DNA of 64,000 nt, taken from positions 21,485 to 85,484 of the forward strand of contig CAMXSN010000002.1 in NCBI GenBank assembly GCA_947246685.1. Direction: 5' to 3'. Of this stretch, positions 57,619-64,000 are shown in pieces; positions within the stretch are counted from its first letter, which is position 1, and every line of letters begins with the position of its first letter. The notes beneath the pieces are model-generated. The model did no database searches and had not been told where the DNA came from. It was given only the letters and a program-made list of their open reading frames with translations. A program made the position numbers and the translations under genes. Source of the stretch: an uncultured Clostridia bacterium. Lineage in GTDB: Bacteria > Bacillota > Clostridia > Christensenellales > UBA3700.

Positions 57619-58049
57619 TGTTAATGCCTAAGAGAGTAAAAAGACGTCGCGTACATCGCGGCAGATTGACGGGACAGGCTAACAAGGGCAACAAGGTTGC
57701 ATACGGCGAATACGGACTCGTAGCGCTCGAGCCGAGCTGGATTACCTCCAACCAAATAGAGGCTGCCCGTATAGCGATGACACGTTATATAAAGAGAGGC
57801 GGTAAAGTATGGATAAACATATTCCCGCACAAGCCTATCACTAAAAAGCCCGCCGAGACCAGAATGGGTAGCGGTAAAGGTAGCGTAGAATATTGGGTTG
57901 CCGTGGTTAAGCCCGGTCGCGTAATGTTCGAGATGGCAGGAGTTAACGAAGAAGTGGCTCGCGAAGCGCTCAGACTCGCGTCTCACAAATTGCCTGTAAA
58001 GTGCAAGTTCGTAAAGAGAGAAGAGGTGATTGAAGATGAAAGCAAGTAA
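57618..58049 (+). CDS. rplP: 50S ribosomal protein L16
   Basis: [15 protein letters not shown] .... TAATG overlap with rpsC. Confidence 0.98.
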   Translation: MLMPKRVKRRRVHRGRLTGQANKGNKVAYGEYGLVALEPSWITSNQIEAARIAMTRYIKRGGKVWINIFPHKPITKKPAETRMGSGKGSVEYWVAVVKPGRVMFEMAGVNEEVAREALRLASHKLPVKCKFVKREEVIEDESK

Positions 58050-58278
58050 TTTTTTCGAAATGACAAACGAAGAGCTCAACAACAAGCTCAATTCGTTGAA
58101 AGAAGACCTTTTCAAGCTACGTTTTAAGCACAAGGCAGGTCAGCTTGAAAATGCAAATCAGCTCGCAATCTGCAAGAAAGATATCGCAAGAGTTAAGACG
58201 ATAATCCGTCAGAGAGAACTCGGTATCTCCGCAGAACCCACGAAAGCTGTAAAGAAAACCGCAAAGAAGTCTAAATAA
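58036..58278 (+). CDS. rpmC: 50S ribosomal protein L29
   Basis: ATG at 58036 after AGAGG. The sequence [20 protein letters not shown] is typical of L29. Confidence 0.93.
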   Translation: MKASNFFEMTNEELNNKLNSLKEDLFKLRFKHKAGQLENANQLAICKKDIARVKTIIRQRELGISAEPTKAVKKTAKKSK

Positions 58279-58292
58279 GGAGGATATCGAAC

Positions 58293-58550
58293 ATGGAAGA
58301 CAGAAATCTCAGAAAATCCAGAGTCGGAGTAGTAGTAAGCGATAAGATGGATAAGACAGTCGTAATTGCTATCAAAGAGCGTGTTAAACATCCTCTTTAC
58401 GGAAAGATTGTCAACAGAACCAAGACGTTCAAAGCTCACGATGAGCAAAACGAATGCGGCGTAGGCGATACCGTTCGTGTCGTCGAAACAAGACCGCTCT
58501 CTAAGGAAAAGCGTTGGAGAGTCGTCGAGATCGTCGAAAAGGCTAAATAA
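58293..58550 (+). CDS. rpsQ: 30S ribosomal protein S17
   Basis: [16 protein letters not shown] ... [13 protein letters not shown]. Confidence 0.97.
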   Translation: MEDRNLRKSRVGVVVSDKMDKTVVIAIKERVKHPLYGKIVNRTKTFKAHDEQNECGVGDTVRVVETRPLSKEKRWRVVEIVEKAK

Positions 58551-58564
58551 GGAGGACCGCGAAA

Positions 58565-58933
58565 ATGATACAACCGGAGACAAGATTAAACGTTGCGGAC
58601 AATTCGGGCGCAAAGGAAATCAAATGTATTAGAGTAATGGGCGGTTCGTTCCGCAGAAGCGGAAATATCGGCGACGTAATAGTCGCTGCCGTTCAGACGG
58701 CTACGCCCGGCGGCGCCGTTAAGAAAGGCGACGTCGTTAAGGCGGTTATCGTAAGAACCAAGAAAGGTATCAGAAGAACCGACGGATCGCATATCAGATT
58801 TGACGACAACGCAGCCGTTATAATCGACAACCAGAAACAACCCAGAGGCACGCGTATCTTTGGACCAATCGCCAGAGAGCTGAGAGAAAAAGATTATATG
58901 AAGATCATTTCTCTTGCCCCTGAGGTAATTTAA
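58565..58933 (+). CDS. rplN: 50S ribosomal protein L14
   Basis: [18 protein letters not shown] .... Confidence 0.98.
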   Translation: MIQPETRLNVADNSGAKEIKCIRVMGGSFRRSGNIGDVIVAAVQTATPGGAVKKGDVVKAVIVRTKKGIRRTDGSHIRFDDNAAVIIDNQKQPRGTRIFGPIARELREKDYMKIISLAPEVI

Positions 58934-58948
58934 CGGAGGTAGACCAAT

Positions 58949-59377
58949 ATGAGTATGAATGTTAAAAAGGGCGATGCGGTCAAGATAATCGCAGGCTCTG
59001 ATAAGGGTAAGACCGGTCAGGTTCTGGCAGTTGATACCAAGTCCCAGAGAGTAGTTCTTAAAGGCGACGGATTGAAGACCGTTAAGTGTTTTGTCAAACC
59101 GCGCAGCGCTCAGGAAAAGGGCGGCATCATCGAAAGAGAAGCGTCTATCAACGTATCCAACGTAATGGTACTTTGCCCGAGCTGCAACGCCGCTACGAGA
59201 GTGGCTCACAGCTTTACGGTAGACGACAACGGCAAGAAGACGAAGAGCCGCGTCTGCAAGAAGTGCGGAGCGTCATTGGACGTTAAGGCTGCAAAGGCTG
59301 CTAAGACCGCTAAAAAAGCCGCTCCGAAAAAGACGGCTACAAAGGCTAAAAAGACCGCTACCGCGGAAGAAAATTAA
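58949..59377 (+). CDS. rplX: 50S ribosomal protein L24 with zinc-ribbon insert and Lys/Ala-rich C-terminal extension
   Basis: KKGDAVKIIAGSDKGKTGQVL (KOW motif), CPSC...CKKCG, and the tail AAKAAKTAKKAAPKKTATKAKKTA. 142 aa. Confidence 0.95.
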   Translation: MSMNVKKGDAVKIIAGSDKGKTGQVLAVDTKSQRVVLKGDGLKTVKCFVKPRSAQEKGGIIEREASINVSNVMVLCPSCNAATRVAHSFTVDDNGKKTKSRVCKKCGASLDVKAAKAAKTAKKAAPKKTATKAKKTATAEEN

Positions 59378-59383
59378 TGGAGG

Positions 59384-59944
59384 ATGACGACTGTGGAAAA
59401 CAGAGAATACAGAATGCTCGAATACTATAAATCAACAGTAGTTCCTGCATTGATTAAAAAATTCAATTATAAGAACGTCAACGAAGTTCCCAAGCTCGAG
59501 AAAGTTGTGCTCAATATGGGACTCGGCGACGTCAAGGACAACAGCAAGAGCTTGCAGATCGCGATCGAAGAACTTAAGATGATCGCAGGTCAAGCACCTG
59601 CAGAATGTAAAGCAAAGAAGAGCGTTGCTAACTTCAAAGTAAGAGAAGGTATGGTCATCGGCGCAAAGGTTACTCTTCGCGGAAAGAAAATGTACGACTT
59701 CATGGATAAACTCGTGTCTGTCGCGCTTCCTCGAGTAAGAGACTTCAAAGGCGTGCCCAACGATTCTTTTGACGGACGCGGCAACTATGCAATGGGCGTT
59801 AAGGAACAAATCATCTTTCCGGAAATTCAATACGACAAGGTTGAGAAGGTCAGAGGATTTGACGTTATCGTCGTAACGACGGCAAAAACAGACGAAGAGG
59901 CTAAGGAGCTTTTGACTCTCCTCGGTATGCCTTTTGTGAAATAA
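59384..59944 (+). CDS. rplE: 50S ribosomal protein L5
   Basis: Conserved L5 sequence ([23 protein letters not shown]). Confidence 0.96.
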   Translation: MTTVENREYRMLEYYKSTVVPALIKKFNYKNVNEVPKLEKVVLNMGLGDVKDNSKSLQIAIEELKMIAGQAPAECKAKKSVANFKVREGMVIGAKVTLRGKKMYDFMDKLVSVALPRVRDFKGVPNDSFDGRGNYAMGVKEQIIFPEIQYDKVEKVRGFDVIVVTTAKTDEEAKELLTLLGMPFVK

Positions 59945-59957
59945 GGAGAAATAGAAA

Positions 59958-60143
59958 ATGGCTAAGAAAGCAATGATTAACAAGCAGCAAAAGACTCCAA
60001 AGTACTCCACAAGAGCATACACAAGATGCCAGATTTGTGGAAGACCGCACGCAGTATTAAGAAAGTACGGAATTTGCAGAATTTGCTTCAGAGAACTCGC
60101 ATACAAGGGCGAGATCCCCGGAGTAAAGAAGGCAAGTTGGTAA
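59958..60143 (+). CDS. rpsN: 30S ribosomal protein S14 type Z (zinc-binding)
   Basis: 61 aa with [21 protein letters not shown]. Confidence 0.97.
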   Translation: MAKKAMINKQQKTPKYSTRAYTRCQICGRPHAVLRKYGICRICFRELAYKGEIPGVKKASW

Positions 60144-60159
60144 TAGGAGGATATTTACT

Positions 60160-60558
60160 ATGATGATAACTGACCCAATCGCAGATATGCTTACCCGTAT
60201 CCGTAACGGTTTGGTAGCTAAGCACGACAGCGTGCAGATGCCAAGTTCTAAGATGAAGAAGGCTATCGCCGAAATTCTTACGGAAGAAGGCTACATCAAC
60301 GGCTACGAAGTGGTAGAAGGCGAAGTTCAAAGTGTTATGAAGGTAAATTTGAAGTACGGACCTAACAATGAAAAGGTCATTTCCGGAATCAAGCGCATCT
60401 CTAAGCCCGGTCTCAGAGTTTATGCAAATTCCGAAAATCTTCCTGTCGTACTCAACGGTTTGGGAATTGCTATAATTTCCACGTCCAAGGGAGTAATGAC
60501 AGATAAGAAAGCTCGCGCAGCGCACATCGGCGGCGAAGTGCTCGCTTACGTGTGGTAA
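60160..60558 (+). CDS. rpsH: 30S ribosomal protein S8
   Basis: [13 protein letters not shown] .... Confidence 0.98.
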   Translation: MMITDPIADMLTRIRNGLVAKHDSVQMPSSKMKKAIAEILTEEGYINGYEVVEGEVQSVMKVNLKYGPNNEKVISGIKRISKPGLRVYANSENLPVVLNGLGIAIISTSKGVMTDKKARAAHIGGEVLAYVW

Positions 60559-60573
60559 TAGGGAGGTAACGAT

Positions 60574-61116
60574 ATGTCAAGAATTGGAAGACTTCCCGTG
60601 GTAATCCCCCAAGGCGTGGAAGTGAGCGTTTCTCCTGAAAATTTGGTTACCGTTAAGGGCGCAAAGGGAACTTTGACGCTGAAGGTAAACGAAATTATCA
60701 AGGTCAATATAGAAGCAAACGAAGTTAAGGTGACAAGACCCAACGACGAAAAGAACGTCAAAGCTATGCACGGTCTTTACAGAAAGCTTATCGCCAATAT
60801 GGTCGAGGGTGTGTCCAAAGGATTTGAAAAGTCGCTGATACTCAACGGTGTAGGTTATAAGGCGGCTAAGCAGGGCAAGAAGCTCGTTCTCAACGTCGGA
60901 TATTCGCATCCTGTTGAAATCGAAGAGATTGCCGGCATAACTTACGAGTGTCCGTCGGTTACCGAAGTTGTAGTCAAGGGTATCGATAAGGAATTGGTCG
61001 GTCAGATGGCTGCCAACATCAGAAAAGTTCGCAATCCGGATCCTTACCACGTTTACGGTATTCGTTACAAAGACGAAGTTATCGTACGTAAAGAAGGCAA
61101 GACGGGTAAGAAATAA
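60574..61116 (+). CDS. rplF: 50S ribosomal protein L6
   Basis: [17 protein letters not shown] .... Confidence 0.98.
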   Translation: MSRIGRLPVVIPQGVEVSVSPENLVTVKGAKGTLTLKVNEIIKVNIEANEVKVTRPNDEKNVKAMHGLYRKLIANMVEGVSKGFEKSLILNGVGYKAAKQGKKLVLNVGYSHPVEIEEIAGITYECPSVTEVVVKGIDKELVGQMAANIRKVRNPDPYHVYGIRYKDEVIVRKEGKTGKK

Positions 61117-61129
61117 GGAGTGAGTTAAT

Positions 61130-61498
61130 ATGATTAGTAAGATTGATAAGAATGCCATCAGGCAAAAAAGACATCAAAGAGTAAGAACTAAAATCAGCGG
61201 CACTGCCGAGAGACCTCGCTTCAACGTTTACAGAAGTACGAACAATATCAACGTGCAGATAATCGACGATATCAAAGGCGCAACGCTCGTATCCTGCTCG
61301 ACTCTCGATAAAGATATCGCGGCTCAGATCAAAGAGATGACCAAGTCGGAAGCGGCTGCGGTCGTAGGCAAGGCAGTCGCAGAGAAAGCTTTGAAAGCAG
61401 GAATCACCGAAGTCGTGTTCGACAGAGGCGGATATCTGTATACAGGACGCGTTAAGAGCGTGGCGGACGGCGCAAGAGAAGCCGGACTTAAATTCTAA
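61130..61498 (+). CDS. rplR: 50S ribosomal protein L18
   Basis: [23 protein letters not shown] .... Confidence 0.97.
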   Translation: MISKIDKNAIRQKRHQRVRTKISGTAERPRFNVYRSTNNINVQIIDDIKGATLVSCSTLDKDIAAQIKEMTKSEAAAVVGKAVAEKALKAGITEVVFDRGGYLYTGRVKSVADGAREAGLKF

Positions 61499-61513
61499 GG
61501 AGGTACGGTGAAA

Positions 61514-62023
61514 ATGGCTAGAGAAAAGAGATTTAACAATCAGGAAAACGATTTGCTCAACAAGCTTATTTGCGTCAACCGCGTTACTAAGGTCGTTAAG
61601 GGCGGTAAGAATATGAAATTCGCCGCGCTTATCGTAGTAGGCGACGGACAGGGTTCCATAGGTCTTGGTATGGGTAAGGCGGGCGAAGTTCCCGAGGCTA
61701 TCCGCAAGGCTACCGCAGAGGCAAAGCGCAGCATGATCAAGGTCGCAATGATGGATACGACCGTTCCCCACGAGGCAATCGGCAACTTCGGCAGCTCCAA
61801 GGTTATCATCAAACCGGCAAGCGAAGGTACCGGCGTTATCGCGGGCGGTCCCGTACGTGCGGTGCTTGAATGCGCAGGTATCAAGGACGTAAGAACGAAG
61901 TCTATGGGCAGCAACAACAAGATCAACTGTGTTAAGGCAACTTTTGACGGACTTGCTCAAATGAAGACGGCTGAACAGATCGCCGCTTTGAGAGGCAAGA
62001 GCGTCGAAGAAATAAAGGGCTGA
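61514..62023 (+). CDS. rpsE: 30S ribosomal protein S5
   Basis: ATG after [29 protein letters not shown]. Confidence 0.97.
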   Translation: MAREKRFNNQENDLLNKLICVNRVTKVVKGGKNMKFAALIVVGDGQGSIGLGMGKAGEVPEAIRKATAEAKRSMIKVAMMDTTVPHEAIGNFGSSKVIIKPASEGTGVIAGGPVRAVLECAGIKDVRTKSMGSNNKINCVKATFDGLAQMKTAEQIAALRGKSVEEIKG

Positions 62024-62036
62024 TAGGAGGCGACTT

Positions 62037-62216
62037 ATGGAAAAGATTAAAGTTACGCTCGTAAAGAGCACGATAGGTTGCTCGCAAAAGCAAAAAGATA
62101 CGGTTAAGGCTCTCGGTCTCAAAAAGATTGGCAGCAGTAACGTTATTACGTCTAACGCATGTTCCGAGGGTATGCTCAAAGTCGTATCTCATCTCGTAAT
62201 GATCGAACAAGCGTAA
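62037..62216 (+). CDS. rpmD: 50S ribosomal protein L30
   Basis: 59-aa ORF below the ORF-track cutoff, found by hand: [36 protein letters not shown].... AGGAGG RBS and the expected position between rpsE and rplO. Confidence 0.9.
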   Translation: MEKIKVTLVKSTIGCSQKQKDTVKALGLKKIGSSNVITSNACSEGMLKVVSHLVMIEQA

Positions 62217-62229
62217 GGAGGAGTATAAG

Positions 62230-62673
62230 ATGAAATTAAATAATATGGCTCCGGCTCCCGGCGCAAAAACAGAATCCAAGAGACTCGGCAGAGGTATAGG
62301 CTCCGGTCTCGGCAAGACTTCCGGAAAGGGTCACAAGGGTCAATGGGCTCGTAGCGGCGGCGGAGTCAGACCGGGATTTGAAGGCGGTCAGATGCCTCTC
62401 GTGAGAAGAATTCCTAAGAGAGGATTCAACAACGTATATAAAAAAGAGTATTCTATCGTCAACGTAAGTTCGCTCGAGCAGTTTGACGAGGGAACGGTAA
62501 TAACGGCAGAACTTCTTTTGGAGAAGGGTGTTCTTAGTAAAATTGAACCGTATGGATTGAAGATCCTCGGTAACGGTACGTTAACTAAAAAGCTTGAAGT
62601 TAAAGCAAACAAATTTACTAAGTCAGCTGCTCAAATAATCGAACAAGCAGGTGGCAAAGCAGAGGTGCTATAA
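62230..62673 (+). CDS. rplO: 50S ribosomal protein L15
   Basis: [38 protein letters not shown] .... Confidence 0.98.
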   Translation: MKLNNMAPAPGAKTESKRLGRGIGSGLGKTSGKGHKGQWARSGGGVRPGFEGGQMPLVRRIPKRGFNNVYKKEYSIVNVSSLEQFDEGTVITAELLLEKGVLSKIEPYGLKILGNGTLTKKLEVKANKFTKSAAQIIEQAGGKAEVL

Positions 62674-64000
62674 TGTGGCAAACTATTAAAAACGCATTTA
62701 GCGATAAAAGCATCAGAGGCAAGATGTTCGCAACCTTCGGAATTCTTTTGGCGTTCCGTATAGGTTGCTGGATACCTCTTCCAGGAATTTCTGTAGACTT
62801 TTACAGCACGCAGTTCGGCGGCGGCGAAGGTACGCAAAATCAGATTTTCCAACTTCTGAGTATGATGAGCGGCGGCTCTATGCAATATCTAACGTTGTTT
62901 GCATTGGGAATTTTGCCGTTTATCAACAGCTTTATCATTATGCAGTTGCTCACACTTATCATTCCTCCGCTTGAAAGACTTTCCAAGCAAGGTGATGAGG
63001 GGCGTGAAAAAATTACTATGATCACGAGATATGTGGCGATAGCTTTGGCGGTCGTGCAGGCAATCGGTATAGTAGTCGCATACAAAGATTTTATAGATCC
63101 TATGTTCGGCGAAAAGAACGGTTGGCTTACGGCGATAATGCTTATAGCGTTGCTCGTGTCGGGAAGTACTGTGGTTATGTGGTTGGGCGAGAGAATTACT
63201 CAGCTCGGCATAGGCAACGGAACTTCGTTGATAATATTCAGCGGTATTCTGTCGTCGTTCGGACTTGCTCTTGTCAACACTATTCCGCAGATCAAGGCAG
63301 AACCTACCAAGATTTGGAATCTGTTTGGATATTTGATCGTGGTGCTCTTTCTCTTCGCGTTTATCGTATTCGTTGACGGAGGCGAGCGCAAAATAAGAGT
63401 CAATTACGCCAAGCAGGTCAAGGGTAATAAAATGTACGGCGGTCAGTCGACGTTTATTCCCATCAAGGTCAACAGTTCCGGCGTTATGCCTATCATTTTC
63501 GCGTCTTCGTTTATGACGATACCGATGATGATATTCCAATTCGTAGGTACGGATTCTCAAGCATATATGAATTATATGATTTATTGCTACCCGGGCAACA
63601 GCACGTCGCAGTGGCAATGGGTAGGCTGGGTATTCTATTACCTCATTATGTTGGGACTGATAATATTCTTTGCATATTTCTATGCTCAGATTCAGTTCAA
63701 TCCGCAGGACGTGGCGAGAAATCTTCAACAGTACGGCGGAACGATACAAGGTATCAGAGGCGGTAAGCCGACGAGCGACTTCCTTGCGAGAATCAACAAC
63801 AGAATAGTTTTGTTCGGCGCCTTGTTCCTTGGATTTATAGCGATAGTACCTACCGCGATATTCCAAGTAATCGGACTGGGGCTGGGAATCAACAACGCAA
63901 TATCCGCTACGGGTATGTTGATTGCGGTAAGCGTCGCGTTGGAATTCAACAAGCAGTTGGAAGGACAGCTCATGATGAAGCATTACAAGGGCTTCCTGAA
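62673..64000 (+). CDS. secY: preprotein translocase subunit SecY (5' partial, runs off the window)
   Basis: ATG overlaps the rplO stop (TAATG). [39 protein letters not shown] ..., with an open frame to the window end. It is absent from the ORF track because no stop lies inside the window. Confidence 0.93.
   Translation, partial: MWQTIKNAFSDKSIRGKMFATFGILLAFRIGCWIPLPGISVDFYSTQFGGGEGTQNQIFQLLSMMSGGSMQYLTLFALGILPFINSFIIMQLLTLIIPPLERLSKQGDEGREKITMITRYVAIALAVVQAIGIVVAYKDFIDPMFGEKNGWLTAIMLIALLVSGSTVVMWLGERITQLGIGNGTSLIIFSGILSSFGLALVNTIPQIKAEPTKIWNLFGYLIVVLFLFAFIVFVDGGERKIRVNYAKQVKGNKMYGGQSTFIPIKVNSSGVMPIIFASSFMTIPMMIFQFVGTDSQAYMNYMIYCYPGNSTSQWQWVGWVFYYLIMLGLIIFFAYFYAQIQFNPQDVARNLQQYGGTIQGIRGGKPTSDFLARINNRIVLFGALFLGFIAIVPTAIFQVIGLGLGINNAISATGMLIAVSVALEFNKQLEGQLMMKHYKGFL

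Noticed and set aside
54988-63983. Series of 346-371-aa minus-strand ORFs (54988-56103, 56485-57525, 61079-62179, 62889-63983) opposite the ribosomal operon and secY
   Set aside because: They are antisense to highly conserved ribosomal protein genes and secY. They have no RBS and no recognisable domains, and they show the same codon-bias artefact as above.

Overview
64-kb chromosomal window from a spore-forming Bacillota (Clostridia-like: spo0A is present and the S10-spc operon has Firmicute layout). Contents from left to right follow. (i) 1-8.8 kb: the collagen-like end of a truncated gene, then three large cell-surface proteins carrying GLUG-like, MBG-like and Listeria-Bacteroides (Flg_new) repeats. 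(ii) 8.9-17.3 kb: a three-gene island, AT-richer by eye, abutting tRNA-Ser(UGA). It encodes a 933-aa protein with a DUF4062/TIR-like N-domain, long helical repeats and no P-loop; a 1148-aa SF2 helicase ending in a PD-(D/E)xK-like nuclease motif; and a convergent 403-aa 4-TM protein. This is my best candidate for an undescribed, defence-type system. (iii) 17.8-29.5 kb: a mixed block with an acidic Zn-ribbon protein, spo0A, an XRE regulator, an AEC transporter, an O-acetyltransferase, an FAD protein, rubrerythrin, thioredoxin, two Zn-ribbon membrane paralogues and a GH20 hexosaminidase. (iv) 29.6-43.3 kb: a teichoic-acid/capsule-like polysaccharide locus with four cytidylyltransferase genes (one fused to a kinase, one to an SDR reductase), LicD, a TagF-like gene, Wzx and an EpsG-type polymerase. 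Two of its genes are interrupted at homopolymers (A7 in tagD, G11 in a GT2). (v) 44.3-52.6 kb: a complete myo-inositol catabolic operon, iolJCBDEAG. (vi) 53.4-64.0 kb: the S10-spc ribosomal protein operon through the 5' part of secY. I recognised no CRISPR array, rRNA, integrase or transposase. All functional calls come from motif recognition by eye. No database search, structure prediction or GC computation was possible.
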